Below are positions 20,805 to 31,390 of a stretch of 64,000 nt of DNA, in pieces. Numbering within the stretch: the stretch's first letter is position 1; each line of letters starts with the position of its first letter. Source of the DNA: an uncultured Mesorhizobium sp. (GTDB taxonomy: Bacteria > Pseudomonadota > Alphaproteobacteria > Rhizobiales > Rhizobiaceae); assembly GCA_964490065.1 (NCBI GenBank), contig CAZBBT010000003.1, positions 7,560-71,559 of the forward strand, in the 5' to 3' direction. The translations under genes and the position numbers were made by a program. The notes under the pieces are model-generated. The model was not told the DNA's origin. It worked only from the letters and a program-made list of their open reading frames with translations, and searched no databases.

Positions 20805-21283
20805 ATGCCGGATGCCGAAATCGAGAAAGCCCATGCGCGGCTGTTCGACAGGCTGTCCTCGCTCGGCATCGAGGCACCGGTCATGCCCTATCTGGCTCAC
20901 GAGACGGTCGAGGAGGGAAAACAGCTGCGTGGCGACATGGCGGGTACATTCACCAAGAACCTGCTGTTGCGGGACAAGAAGGGGCGGCTGTTCCTCTTCT
21001 CGATCCACGAGGATCTCGTGCTGGACCTGAAGACATTGCACCAGCGTGTCGGTGCCAACGGCCGCCTCGGCTTTGCGCCTGCCGAACGCATGGTCGAACT
21101 GCTCGGCGTCCAACCGGGCGCGCTCACCCCGCTCGGGCTGATCAACGATACCGCCGGAGCGGTCACAGCGGTGATCGATGCCTCTCTCCTCGACGCCGAG
21201 CAGGTCAATTTCCATCCACTGAAAGCATCGGACTGCGGCCCGCCGAACTCCTGGCCTTCATCCGTTCGTGTGATCGCGAGTAG
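20805..21283 (+). pseudogene. YbaK/ProX (PrdX) aminoacyl-tRNA editing protein with C-terminal frameshift
   Basis: KNLLLRDKK, LGVQPGALTPLGL and NFHP; the expected tail TESIGLRPAELLAFIRSC lies in another frame. Confidence 0.7.
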
Positions 21284-21936
21284 AGGACGGCGATACCGCC
21301 TGCATCATGGTCGCCGAATAGCTTGATGCGGCGGATTGGCCGAAGTGAAGCCGCTTGTCGGCCGTACGCGGAGGACCCGATGATGATCGACTGTCTGGCA
21401 AGAATTTCCTGCGGCGTCTGCGCCATCATCTCGATGTCGAAGCCATCGATCACGCCGTCGAACTCGGAATTCTTGTCGAGCGCCTCGGAACGGTAACGGG
21501 CCGGCGGCTGCGTATCTTCGTGCCGGGTATGCTGGCGATCGGAAAAGCCGAAGCCGAGATCGCCATCCTGCTGCGGCGCCATCGCCATGCGGGTTCCTCG
21601 ACGTCTCGCACCGATGGTGCCTGGGCGGATTTCGTGGGCGAGGATGACAACAAGGATATCGCAGGATGCACTTCCGGGTCCGACGAGAGCCTTGATGCCC
21701 AGAAATGTCCCTTGGTATCACCGACCTGCTGCGCCTTGTTCGCCACAGCGCCGATCGGCCCAGTCAGGAAGCGATCGCCACCCTGTTGCTGGTCGCGCAG
21801 TCAATAACCATGAGCGCAACCACGCTGGAGGAAGCGCTACGAATACTACGCACCCCGCGGCCTGTCGTCATCATTTTCGGCAGGACTACAGGATTCGAGC
21901 ACGCACTCCTGGACCTGCTCGAGGACGGCCAGGTAG

Positions 21937-22911
21937 TCAGCCTTTCACAAGGTTTTGCGGCTCGCCTGCACGCCACGCTTCGATATTGGCAATCAACTGT
22001 GTGGCCAGCCGCGCTACGGCGGCCTTGCTGGACCAGGCAACGTGCGGTGTTACGATAAAGTTCGGAAGTTCCAGCAGCTTCAGATAGGGATGGTCGTTCG
22101 CCATTGGCTCGCTCGCCAGCACATCCAATGCCGCTCCCGAGATCTTGCCGGCCTGCAAGGCTGCGATGAGCGCGGTTTCCGAAACAAGGCCGCCCCGCGA
22201 CGTGTTGATGAGAAGCGGCCGCTTTTCCATCATGGCGAATTCGCGCTCGGCGATCATGTGTTCCGTTGCCGCCGTCAACGGTGCATGCAATGTCACGACA
22301 TCGCTGGTGCGCATCACTTCGTCGAACGGGGTGTACAGCGATCCCATGCCGCCACGGCCCTTGTGGGCGGAAAAAAGCGTATGCATGCCGAGCGCCGCCG
22401 CGATCTTGCCGACCGCGCGCCCGATTGTGCCGTCTCCAACGATCCCGAGCGTTTTGCCGCTCAAATCGTCGATGCAATAGTCGAAATAGCTGAACTGACC
22501 GGATTTTGCCCAATCCCCCCGCGCCACGGAATTGCAATACGGCACGATGCTGCGCGATAGCGCCAGCATCAGCGCGATCGTGTGTTGCGGCACCGAATTT
22601 TCCGAGTAGCCGCGTATGTTGGAAACCGCGATGCCTTTTTCCGCACAGGCTTTGAGGTCGACGATATCGGTCCCCGTCGCGGCAATCGCTATGAGCTTCA
22701 GCCGCGTGGCGCCCGCAAGGTCAGCGGCCGCCAACTGGACCTTGTTGGTGACCACCACATCGGCATCGGCAATCCGCTGCGCTGTCTGATCGGCGGAGCT
22801 CCTGCCATACTCGACCAGGATATGCGGAAAGTCCGGGCCGCGTAATTTCGCGATCGGCAAGGTGTCGCGGTCAAGCACGACGATCTTTGTTGGCGCATGA
22901 TCTTTTCTCAT
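21937..22911 (-). CDS. D-2-hydroxyacid dehydrogenase (glycerate dehydrogenase/HprA-like)
   Basis: GDGTIG, LINTSRGGLV, DVLASEP and TPHVAW. Confidence 0.9.
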   Translation of the reverse strand: MRKDHAPTKIVVLDRDTLPIAKLRGPDFPHILVEYGRSSADQTAQRIADADVVVTNKVQLAAADLAGATRLKLIAIAATGTDIVDLKACAEKGIAVSNIRGYSENSVPQHTIALMLALSRSIVPYCNSVARGDWAKSGQFSYFDYCIDDLSGKTLGIVGDGTIGRAVGKIAAALGMHTLFSAHKGRGGMGSLYTPFDEVMRTSDVVTLHAPLTAATEHMIAEREFAMMEKRPLLINTSRGGLVSETALIAALQAGKISGAALDVLASEPMANDHPYLKLLELPNFIVTPHVAWSSKAAVARLATQLIANIEAWRAGEPQNLVKG

Positions 22912-22917
22912 GGTGTC

Positions 22918-23736
22918 TTAAGCCTCAGTCCACAGATCGGGCGGCCGGTTCGGGCCAAGGTCGAGGCGCACGATCCATCCCTGCGTTGTGCTCGCAAACG
23001 GCGGATATATGTCCAGCACCTGCGGATCGTGGCCAGGCACGATGTGGTTGGGATCGGTTGCGAGCGCTTCGATGCGTCCATAGCCGTCCAATATGTCGGG
23101 CAGGCAATCGATCACCGGGTATATCCGGCGCGATTGCAAATGTGCATAGAAGGGGACGCAATCGGATGCCAGCACCAACGTACCGCGTGCGGTCTCGACC
23201 GCGACGACCTGCAGGCCTCGCGAGTGGCCGCCGATTTTGTGGAGCGTAACGCCCGGCGCCACCTCGCCCGTGCCGTCGTGAAAGCAGACCCGCTCCGAAT
23301 AGACCCGCCGCACCATCATAATCGTGTCTTCGACGTCGTAGGGCGCGCGTATATGAGCATGGCACATGCAGCGGCCCGTAGCATAAGCCATCTCCGCGTC
23401 CTGCACGTGATAGCGGGCATTGGGGAAGAGTTCGCCATTGCCGGCATGGTCGTAATGCAGATGGGTGATGACCACGTCGTGAACGGCCGCAGGGTTGATC
23501 GACAGCGCCTGGAGGCCTGCGGCGACCGGTCTGAGCACAGTGCGCTTGCGGCGATCTGCGCTTGCCTGGTCAAAGCCGGTATCGACCACGATCACGCGCT
23601 CGCCATTGCGAACGACCCAGACATAATAGGCAAGCGGCATAGCCCGGTCTGTCGTAACTCCTCCCACGAAATTGCCGGCCGCCCGCCGATCGACCCGGCC
23701 ATAGGCAATGGCGTAGACTTCATATTCAGGGATCAC
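22918..23736 (-). CDS. MBL-fold lactonase (N-acyl homoserine lactonase/4-pyridoxolactonase family)
   Basis: THLHYDHAG, GGHSRG, LASD and PGHD. Confidence 0.85.
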   Translation of the reverse strand: MIPEYEVYAIAYGRVDRRAAGNFVGGVTTDRAMPLAYYVWVVRNGERVIVVDTGFDQASADRRKRTVLRPVAAGLQALSINPAAVHDVVITHLHYDHAGNGELFPNARYHVQDAEMAYATGRCMCHAHIRAPYDVEDTIMMVRRVYSERVCFHDGTGEVAPGVTLHKIGGHSRGLQVVAVETARGTLVLASDCVPFYAHLQSRRIYPVIDCLPDILDGYGRIEALATDPNHIVPGHDPQVLDIYPPFASTTQGWIVRLDLGPNRPPDLWTEA

Positions 23737-23749
23737 GAGCGGAACCCTC

Positions 23750-25405
23750 TCATGCGGCTTTGGCCCGATGAGGAGGCGCCGCGCGCGGATCGAATGCCGG
23801 CAGCGGCGGTTTTCCCAGGATCATGTCGGCGGCTTTCTCGGCAATCATGATGGCAGGCGCATTCGTGTTGCCGCCGATGACAGTCGGCATGATGGAGGCG
23901 TCGACCACGCGCAGCGCCCCGACCCCATGGACGCGAAGCTTGTCGTCGACCACGCCGTGACGTCCGCGTCCCATCTGGCAGGTGCCTGCCGGGTGAAACG
24001 CGGTCGCGCTGTTGTTGCGGATGTAGTCATTCAGCTCCTGTGCCTCGGTGACGGCCTTGCCAGGCGTAATCTCCCACCCGCACAAGGGATCGAACGCCGG
24101 GCTGCCAAGAATGCGCCGACCGGCTTGCAGCCCGCGCCGCAAGGTGTCGAGATCACACTCGTCGTCGAAGAAATGTGGATCGATCAGCGGCGCGGCATGC
24201 GGGTCCGAAGACGCGATAAGCACCGTGCCTCGGCTTTTCGGTCGCAACAACACCGCCGTGATGCCGTACCCATGGCCAAGGCCGATGCGGCCTTGCGATC
24301 CCGAAATGAAGGTGAACTGGATATCGGGCCTCGTCAGTTGCGGGCTGGTCTTGATGAAGCCGGCCCCTTCAAGACCGTTTCCGGCCAGCATGCCGCGGCG
24401 GCGAAACAGATAGTTCAGCCCATGCAAGGCCATGCCCGGCAGCGACTTGAGGGAAATTCCGTAAGGCACCGCGCTCCGGGTCCGGTATTGTGCGGTGATG
24501 GCCGCGTGGTCCTGGAAATTCTGGCCGACGCCGGGCGCATGATGGCGCACCGGTATGCCCAGGCTCGTGAGCCATTGTGCGTCGCCAATGCCTGAGCGCT
24601 GCAAAATGGCGGGCGAACAGTAGGTACCGGCGCAAAGAATGACCTCGATGCGTGCGCGCACCGTGCTAGGCTCTGCGCCGCGCACATACGTCACCGCATT
24701 TGCCCGTCCGTCCACAATCTCAACTCGGTCTACGAGCGCATCCTTCAGCACAGTCAAGGCGCCGCGGTTGAGCGCTGGCTTGAGATAGGCGGTTGCCGCC
24801 GAATGCCGCCTGCCATTCTTGACTGTCAGCTGGCGGATGCCGAACCCTTCCATGTCTTCGGCGTTGAAATCCTCGCAGCGCCGGTACTGCAGCGATTCGG
24901 CGGCCGCGATGAAGACGTCGCACAAGGGGTTGTAGGAGGTTGGATCGATGACGCAAAGGGGACCGGCATTGCCGTGGAACGGTGAGGCGGTCCATGCCAG
25001 GTTGTTCTCAGCGCGCAGGAAATAGGGCATCACCTCGCCATAGGACCACCCCGCATTGCCGAGATCGGACCATTCGTCGTAGTCGCCTGGGTGGCCGCGC
25101 ATGTAAACCATGCCGTTGATGGAACTGCTGCCGCCGATCAGCTTGCCGCTCGGCAGATAGATCATTCTGCCGCCTGCCTTCGGCTGGGCCTGCGACTGGA
25201 AGCGCCAGTTCAGCCTCGGGTGGCGAAAAAGGCCAACAAGGCCCATCGGCACATGAACGAGAGGACTTCGGTCCGATCCACCTGCCTCGATCAGACAAAT
25301 GCTCACGCCGGGCTTTTCGGACAGGCGGTTGGCCAAGGTACAGCCGGCGCTGCCGGCACCAACAATGACGTAGTCAAACACTTCATCAGTCGACTTGGCC
25401 GGCAT
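23750..25405 (-). CDS. GMC oxidoreductase (choline dehydrogenase-like)
   Basis: GAGSAG, GGSSSINGMVYMRG, HPAGTC and GNTNAP. Confidence 0.93.
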   Translation of the reverse strand: MPAKSTDEVFDYVIVGAGSAGCTLANRLSEKPGVSICLIEAGGSDRSPLVHVPMGLVGLFRHPRLNWRFQSQAQPKAGGRMIYLPSGKLIGGSSSINGMVYMRGHPGDYDEWSDLGNAGWSYGEVMPYFLRAENNLAWTASPFHGNAGPLCVIDPTSYNPLCDVFIAAAESLQYRRCEDFNAEDMEGFGIRQLTVKNGRRHSAATAYLKPALNRGALTVLKDALVDRVEIVDGRANAVTYVRGAEPSTVRARIEVILCAGTYCSPAILQRSGIGDAQWLTSLGIPVRHHAPGVGQNFQDHAAITAQYRTRSAVPYGISLKSLPGMALHGLNYLFRRRGMLAGNGLEGAGFIKTSPQLTRPDIQFTFISGSQGRIGLGHGYGITAVLLRPKSRGTVLIASSDPHAAPLIDPHFFDDECDLDTLRRGLQAGRRILGSPAFDPLCGWEITPGKAVTEAQELNDYIRNNSATAFHPAGTCQMGRGRHGVVDDKLRVHGVGALRVVDASIMPTVIGGNTNAPAIMIAEKAADMILGKPPLPAFDPRAAPPHRAKAA

Positions 25406-25441
25406 GGTGAGGACCCGTTCGTTGGCAGAAATCGGTTGGGA

Positions 25442-26281
25442 TCAACTGATCTCATTGAGGTATTTGAAGTTTTCGGTAACGGCGCGATGGTGTCCGATCA
25501 GCACGGCCTCGCCCGCCTGGTCATAGGCGACCTCGTCGATCACCAGCACCGCGAAGTCGCCGCTGCGGTTGAGCGTGGCGCGGTCGGCGTCGGTGGCCAG
25601 AGCCGCCGACAATTTCTCGCGCTGGGCACTAATACGGATGCCGTATTTCTCCAGAAAATAGATGGCAAGCGTGGGTGGTATGTCCTGCTCGGAGCGGATG
25701 TCGGGGGCAAGCTTGGCCGGGAAGATCACCGTGTCATGCATCACCGGGGCGTCGTCGACCAACCTGATGCGTTCGAACTGATGCACGTCCTCATCAGGCT
25801 TGAGGCTGAGCACCTCCTGCTCGCGCCTGTCTGCCTTGCGTCTCAGATAGCCGAAAACCTTGGCGCGTGAACGCGCCAGCGTGTCGCCCGGTCCATGCAG
25901 GCGAAAATAGTGGAAGCTGTCCTGCAGCCGAAGCTGCGGTATCCGTCCGGTGACCACGGTCCCGGTTCGGGGACGTCGCGCGATCAGTCCGTCCGTGGCC
26001 AGGTCGGCCATGGCTCGCCGTACCGTTCCCACCGCAACGCCAAGCATCTGAGCCAGCGAACCCTCATTGGGCAATAGCGATCCCGGCGGCCACGTGCCGC
26101 CGGAAATCATTTCCATGATTTCACGCCGGATCTGCTCATGCAGCGGAATGGCCTTCACCCGGGCAATGGCAAGTTTCGCCGCAGCGGGCTGAGAGCCCGA
26201 CGAATCATTGCCGGGCGCATCCATTGCCATGCGGCGCGACAATTCGAGCTTGCGACGCATCTCACGCTGGCGGTCCATCAA
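25442..26281 (-). CDS. GntR family regulator, HutC/UTRA subfamily (copy 1)
   Basis: LPNEGSLAQMLGVAVGTVRRA wHTH plus UTRA domain; exact start uncertain. Confidence 0.9.
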   Translation of the reverse strand: MMDRQREMRRKLELSRRMAMDAPGNDSSGSQPAAAKLAIARVKAIPLHEQIRREIMEMISGGTWPPGSLLPNEGSLAQMLGVAVGTVRRAMADLATDGLIARRPRTGTVVTGRIPQLRLQDSFHYFRLHGPGDTLARSRAKVFGYLRRKADRREQEVLSLKPDEDVHQFERIRLVDDAPVMHDTVIFPAKLAPDIRSEQDIPPTLAIYFLEKYGIRISAQREKLSAALATDADRATLNRSGDFAVLVIDEVAYDQAGEAVLIGHHRAVTENFKYLNEIS

Positions 26282-26302
26282 TCTCTCCCTGTTCTCCGAT
26301 CA

Positions 26303-26331
26303 ATTCTATATAAAAATCACAGAGGCGTCAA
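26303..26331 (-). promoter_or_regulatory. Sigma70-type promoter of gntR copy 1
   Basis: Minus strand TTGACG-N17-TAGAAT. Confidence 0.65.
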
Positions 26332-26434
26332 CAGCCGCTCGTTCCTGCTTGCAACTCCGATGTTGGAATAAATCAAATGAAAACAATGATATCACTGCAT
26401 TTCCGTGAATGTGTCTACGGGAAATGGTTGGCGA

Positions 26435-26460
26435 TTGACAAATTCTATAAATAATAGTTA
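26435..26460 (+). promoter_or_regulatory. Promoter/operator of ABC operon 1
   Basis: TTGACA followed by TTCTATAAATAATAGTTA; the motif recurs at 41206-41223 and about 42530-42547. Confidence 0.65.
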
Positions 26461-26489
26461 TTTCAGCGCGGGAACGCGAGACAAGCGTC

Positions 26490-27392
26490 ATGACGATAAA
26501 CGTCGCAGGCGATGGGATGACAAGCCAGCAAGCGCGCAGGCGATTTTGGCTGCGCTTTGGTGTCGTCTTGTCGACGCCGGTCTTGGTTGTCCCGCTTCTG
26601 GTGCTGCTTGTCCTGTTTTTCCTCGCGCCCCTGGCCCAGATGGTTTCGGCCAGCTTCAGCCTCCGCAGCGGGGAGGCCTCTTTGGCGCACTACATCCGCT
26701 TTTTCACCGATACGTTCTACCTGCGCGGAACCCTCACCACCTTTTGCGTCGCCGCCGAAACGACGCTGGTGTGCGTCGCGCTGGGTTATCCGCTGGCGCT
26801 TCTAATGGCGCGCGGAACGCCGCTTCAATCACGCATCCTCATGATTGCGACCATCATCCCGCTGATGGTCAATGTCGTTGTGCGTGCCTATGGCTGGACG
26901 ATTATCCTCGGCCGAACCGGTGTCGTGAACACGAGTCTCGTTTCAATCGGTCTGATCGATCGGCCTTTGCAAATTCTCTACAACGAATTCGCCGTCGTGC
27001 TGGGTTCTGTACACGTCTTCCTGCCGCTCCTGGTGCTGCCGCTGCGCGCATCGATCGAAAAGATCGACCGGCGCACCGAGGAAGCGGCCAGCACGCTCGG
27101 CGCCAAAAGCTTCCAGGTCTTCTTGCGCATCACCTTGCCGCAAAGCTTGCCCGGCCTGCTCGCAGGGAGCGTCATGGTTTTTTCGCTGACCGCGAGTTCC
27201 TTCGTGATTCCAGCGTTGCTGGGCGGCGATTTCGTCAAGATGCTCGGGCCTCTTGCCGAAGAGCAGTTGCTCAGCGTCTTCGCCTGGGAGTTCGGCGCGG
27301 CGATCGCCGTCATCCTGACCCTGATGATCGGCCTCGTTGCCGGGCTGATTGCCGTTTTGGCCGGCAAGTTCATCCGAACCAGCAGGAGCTGA
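26490..27392 (+). CDS. ABC transporter permease (PotB-like)
   Basis: VVRAYGW; EEAASTLGA EAA loop. Confidence 0.9.
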   Translation: MTINVAGDGMTSQQARRRFWLRFGVVLSTPVLVVPLLVLLVLFFLAPLAQMVSASFSLRSGEASLAHYIRFFTDTFYLRGTLTTFCVAAETTLVCVALGYPLALLMARGTPLQSRILMIATIIPLMVNVVVRAYGWTIILGRTGVVNTSLVSIGLIDRPLQILYNEFAVVLGSVHVFLPLLVLPLRASIEKIDRRTEEAASTLGAKSFQVFLRITLPQSLPGLLAGSVMVFSLTASSFVIPALLGGDFVKMLGPLAEEQLLSVFAWEFGAAIAVILTLMIGLVAGLIAVLAGKFIRTSRS

Positions 27393-27396
27393 TGGC

Positions 27397-28188
27397 ATGA
27401 GCAAGTCAAAATCCATCCAGTCGTGGCTACTGACCGCACTCTTCGTCGGCTTCTTGACGGTTCCGATCTTGTTACCCGTCCTGATGTCCTTCTCCGACAG
27501 CGCGATCCTGAGCTTCCCGCCGAAAGGCTTTTCGCTGCGCTGGTATGCCAAGATCCTGAGCGACGGCGAATTTCTCACCTCCCTGTGGCTCAGCATCAAG
27601 CTCGGCTTGATGGCGACGCTGATCTCGCTTGCGTTGGGGACCTTGGCGGCGCTCGGCCTGAGACGGCTTCCAGCCGCCTACGGCGCGCCAGTGCGCTCTT
27701 TGGTGATGTCACCGATGGTGATGCCGACCCTGGTGACCGGCATCGCCTTGCTGCAGTTCTTCAACCGCATGCATTCGAGCGCCGCATTCACTCACCTGCT
27801 TGTCGGCCATGTGGTGATCACAGCGCCATATGTGGTGCGCACCGTAACCGCTTCCATCCAGCAGATGGCTCCCGCAATTGAGGACGCAGCCCGCACCCTC
27901 GGTGCGGGCCCGCTGTCATGCTTCCGGCATGTAACGCTGCCCCAGATAAGACCCGGCATTCTGGTCGGCGGCATCTTTGTCTTCATCCTGTCTTTCGACA
28001 ACTATCCGGTCTCGATGTGGCTGGCCGACGCCCAAAACATGCCGCTGCCGCTCACCGCCTATCGCTATATCCAGAGGTTCTTCGATCCCACCGTCGCAGC
28101 CATCTCGACGGTCATGATCGTCATCTCGTTGGGCGCCGTGGTCGCCATGGAGCGCGTCGCCGGGCTGCAGAGCGCATGGAGCAGATAA
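27397..28188 (+). CDS. ABC transporter permease (PotC-like)
   Basis: FPPKGFSLRWY, EDAARTLGA and FILSFD. Confidence 0.9.
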   Translation: MSKSKSIQSWLLTALFVGFLTVPILLPVLMSFSDSAILSFPPKGFSLRWYAKILSDGEFLTSLWLSIKLGLMATLISLALGTLAALGLRRLPAAYGAPVRSLVMSPMVMPTLVTGIALLQFFNRMHSSAAFTHLLVGHVVITAPYVVRTVTASIQQMAPAIEDAARTLGAGPLSCFRHVTLPQIRPGILVGGIFVFILSFDNYPVSMWLADAQNMPLPLTAYRYIQRFFDPTVAAISTVMIVISLGAVVAMERVAGLQSAWSR

Positions 28189-28224
28189 CCGCATGGTTTC
28201 AAAACACAATGAAGGGGAACGAGC

Positions 28225-29316
28225 ATGACGAAAATGCCTTTAGACAACCTATCGCGCAGAACAGTCCTCAAGACAGGTGTAGCCGCGTCCGCCGCGCTGG
28301 TGGCGCCGAACCTGCTCGGCCGCAAGGCCTGGGCGCAGGGCAAGGAGATCTATGTCGGCATCTGGGCCGGCGCGCAAGGCGAATACATCGCCAAGCACAT
28401 CGTGCCGCAGTTCGAGAAGGACTATCAGTGTAAGGTCTACCTCGAAGAGGGAAATACGCTCGGCCAGGTGGCCAAGGTACGGGCGCAAAGGCAAAATCCG
28501 CAATTCACGGTCATGTTCGTTGACGATTTCGCCGTCGACATGCTCAAGCAAAATGACCTGCTTGCGCCGATTCCGGTCGCCGACACCAACAACATCAAGA
28601 ATGTCGATCCCCGCTACCTGCTCCAGGACGGTTATGGCGTCGGCATAGCGGTGTCGATTTCGGGCATGTTTTACAACCCGCAAACGACGAAGCGTCCGCA
28701 AAGCTATGCATCGCTATGGCAGCCGCAAAACAGCAAGAACATCACCTTGTCGAGCATCAAGACCACCGGCGGCCTGCATTTCGTGATTGCCGCAGCGGCG
28801 GTCGCGACCGGCAAGCCCTTGCTGGAGGCCCAGTACCATCCCGATCAAGGCTTCAAGAAGCTTGCCGAACTGGCGCCGAACGTCCTCAATCAATTCACCA
28901 CGCCTTCGCAGGCCGCCAGTCTCGTTGCACAAGGCGAGGCCGGCATTGGCGGGCTGGCCTATAGCAAATGGGTCTACAGTTATACCCGACAGGGCGCGGC
29001 CGTCGATATGACCTATGCGGAGGAGGGTTCGTTTCCAGGTGTCAACGCGCAGGTGCTGGTGAAGAATGGTCCAAATCAGGATCTCGGCGTCGCCTTCATG
29101 GATCGCATGCTCGATCCAGCGGTCCAAAAAGCCATCTCGGAGTTCGCGCTGACAGCGCCGACCGTCAAAGACATCAAATTCGATGACGAAATCCTCAAAT
29201 ACATTCCCTACCCGCCCGAAGAACTCGACAAGCGCGGTATCAAAGATCCCGACTGGGCCTACCTGAACAAGGTCCGCGGTGACTGGGTCGAAGAGTGGAA
29301 CCGCATCTTTTCGTAA
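28225..29316 (+). CDS. ABC substrate-binding protein (PotD-like) with Tat signal
   Basis: SRRTVLK Tat motif; WVEEWNRI C-terminus. Confidence 0.87.
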   Translation: MTKMPLDNLSRRTVLKTGVAASAALVAPNLLGRKAWAQGKEIYVGIWAGAQGEYIAKHIVPQFEKDYQCKVYLEEGNTLGQVAKVRAQRQNPQFTVMFVDDFAVDMLKQNDLLAPIPVADTNNIKNVDPRYLLQDGYGVGIAVSISGMFYNPQTTKRPQSYASLWQPQNSKNITLSSIKTTGGLHFVIAAAAVATGKPLLEAQYHPDQGFKKLAELAPNVLNQFTTPSQAASLVAQGEAGIGGLAYSKWVYSYTRQGAAVDMTYAEEGSFPGVNAQVLVKNGPNQDLGVAFMDRMLDPAVQKAISEFALTAPTVKDIKFDDEILKYIPYPPEELDKRGIKDPDWAYLNKVRGDWVEEWNRIFS

Positions 29317-29389
29317 CATATCGCCCGCAAGTCGCAGGTGGCGGGCTCAGCCCGCCATTCCTCGCACCCACCCCTTTAGAGGATGAGCC

Positions 29390-30238
29390 ATGCCCGAACC
29401 CGAACGAGACAACAGCAAGATGACCGCCTGGATCCATGAGAGGAGCTGGCCGCAGATCGAGGCCTTCCTCAAGGCCGGCCACGATACCGCGCTGGTGCCC
29501 ATCGGCGCCACCGAACAGCACGGGCGCCACATGCCGCTCATGGTCGATACCGCATGGGCGATCGCGACTTGCGAGGCGACGGCGGCCCTGGTGGACGTGC
29601 TGATCGCCCCGCCTCTTCATCTTGGCTGGTCGAGCCATCACATGGGCTATCCCGGCTGCATCACATTGCGGCCCGAAACGCTCACGCAAGTGGCCGTCGA
29701 TATCGGCCAAAGCCTGGCCTATCATGGCTTCAAGCGGATCGTCTTCGTCAACGGCAACCGCATCGCCAACCTGCCGCCGCTCGATATCGCCGCCGCCAAG
29801 CTGCGTGGCGAGACAGGCGCCTTCATCGCGGTCGCCGATGTCAGCCAGCTTGCCAAGGAAGAATTCAACGCCATCAACGAATCGCCGCCTGGCGGCCTCG
29901 GCCATGCCGGCGAGTCCGAAACCTCGTTGATGCTCGCCTACCGTCCCGAACTGGTCGACATGAGCCAAGCTGTCACCGCGACCTTGCCGCCGCGGCGATG
30001 GGCGCCGCATGTCAGTTCGGAAACGCGCCTCGATGGCAACCGCATCAACATACCGCACGATGTCGATACCTTCACCGCATCCAACCGACAAGCAGGCGGC
30101 ACGATGGGCGATGCCAAGGCCGCAACCGCACAAAAGGGCAGGGCCATGATCGACGCATTCGCTCGCAATCTCGCGGCGTTCCTGACCGAGGTGTCGAAGC
30201 GGCCGGTCACGTTGAAGCCGCTTAGCGTCCCCCTCTAG
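29390..30238 (+). CDS. Creatininase family amidohydrolase
   Basis: PIGATEQHGRHMP...D and HAGESETS. Confidence 0.9.
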   Translation: MPEPERDNSKMTAWIHERSWPQIEAFLKAGHDTALVPIGATEQHGRHMPLMVDTAWAIATCEATAALVDVLIAPPLHLGWSSHHMGYPGCITLRPETLTQVAVDIGQSLAYHGFKRIVFVNGNRIANLPPLDIAAAKLRGETGAFIAVADVSQLAKEEFNAINESPPGGLGHAGESETSLMLAYRPELVDMSQAVTATLPPRRWAPHVSSETRLDGNRINIPHDVDTFTASNRQAGGTMGDAKAATAQKGRAMIDAFARNLAAFLTEVSKRPVTLKPLSVPL

Positions 30239-30251
30239 CCGGAGAAGCCCG

Positions 30252-31337
30252 ATGTCTGCGGATCTCGAGCTGCGCAAGGTTACAAAGCGCTATGGCAACG
30301 TCGTCGCCGTCGACGGCATCGACCTTTATGTCGAGCACGGAAACCTCGTGTCCTTCCTCGGTCCCAGCGGCTGCGGAAAGACCACCACCTTACGCATGAT
30401 TGCCGGTTTGACCCAGGCCAGCGCGGGCGAGATCTTCGTCGGCGGCGAGCCGATCAATCGCAAGCCCGTGCACAAGCGCAATGTCGGCATGCTGTTTCAA
30501 AGCTATGCCCTGTTTCCGCACATGAAGGTGGCGCAAAACGTCGCCTTCGGCTTGAAGATGCGCGGCATGAGGGGCGCAGCCTTGGAGCGCGCGGTGGACG
30601 CAGCCATGGACAAGGTCGGCCTGCTCGCCATGAAAGGCCGCTATCCCGACGAATTGTCCGGCGGCCAGCAGCAGCGCGTGGCGCTGGCGCGTGCCTTGGT
30701 CATCGAACCAGCCCTCCTGCTTCTCGACGAACCGCTAGGCGCGCTCGATCGGCAATTGCGCCAGTCCATGCAGATCGAGCTGAAGGCGCTGCAAAAAGCG
30801 CTGCAAATTACCACCATCGTCGTCACGCATGACCAGGAAGAAGCGCTTGTCTTGTCGGACAAGATCTCGGTCATGAACGATGGTCGTATCGAGCAGTACG
30901 CACCGCCAGGAACACTCTACCGCCAGCCGCAGACCGCATTCGTGGCGCGTTTTTTAGGAACCACGAACGCCTTCGAAGGTCGTGTCGTCAGGTCCAATGC
31001 CGAACGGATTGTGGTCGATGTCGGGGGAAGATCCGTCATCGCCTTGCCCAATGCAAATTTCTCGGCCGGCTCGAAGGTGCTGGTTGCCGTGCGCCCACAA
31101 GACATCGATATCTCCTGGTCGCCGCAAAGCGGTACCGAGGGCGAAAACAGCATCGCGGTTAGATTGAAGGACAAGCTGTTTCGCGGCAACGAGTCGGACT
31201 ACATTTTCACCTGTGATGAAGGACTTGCCTTCATCGCCTCCCAATCGAACCGGACCGCAAACACCGCGCCCAACGACCGGATCGACCGGGCGACGATCAG
31301 TTTTCCTGCCGCGGCCACGCGCATCGTGGCGCTTTGA
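30252..31337 (+). CDS. ABC ATP-binding protein (PotA-like)
   Basis: GPSGCGKT, LSGGQQQR, LLLDEP. Confidence 0.93.
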   Translation: MSADLELRKVTKRYGNVVAVDGIDLYVEHGNLVSFLGPSGCGKTTTLRMIAGLTQASAGEIFVGGEPINRKPVHKRNVGMLFQSYALFPHMKVAQNVAFGLKMRGMRGAALERAVDAAMDKVGLLAMKGRYPDELSGGQQQRVALARALVIEPALLLLDEPLGALDRQLRQSMQIELKALQKALQITTIVVTHDQEEALVLSDKISVMNDGRIEQYAPPGTLYRQPQTAFVARFLGTTNAFEGRVVRSNAERIVVDVGGRSVIALPNANFSAGSKVLVAVRPQDIDISWSPQSGTEGENSIAVRLKDKLFRGNESDYIFTCDEGLAFIASQSNRTANTAPNDRIDRATISFPAAATRIVAL

Positions 31338-31390
31338 TCGCAGCCGTCCCCCGTCCAGCCGTACCTACCCGGCCAGCAAGAAAGATCGAC

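Noticed and set aside
21300-21936. Protein-like fragments on both strands
   Set aside because: No identifiable family; probably scrambled remnants
22918-23736. Quorum-quenching role for the lactonase
   Set aside because: Family membership alone is insufficient; operon context with GMC and a dehydrogenase suggests catabolism
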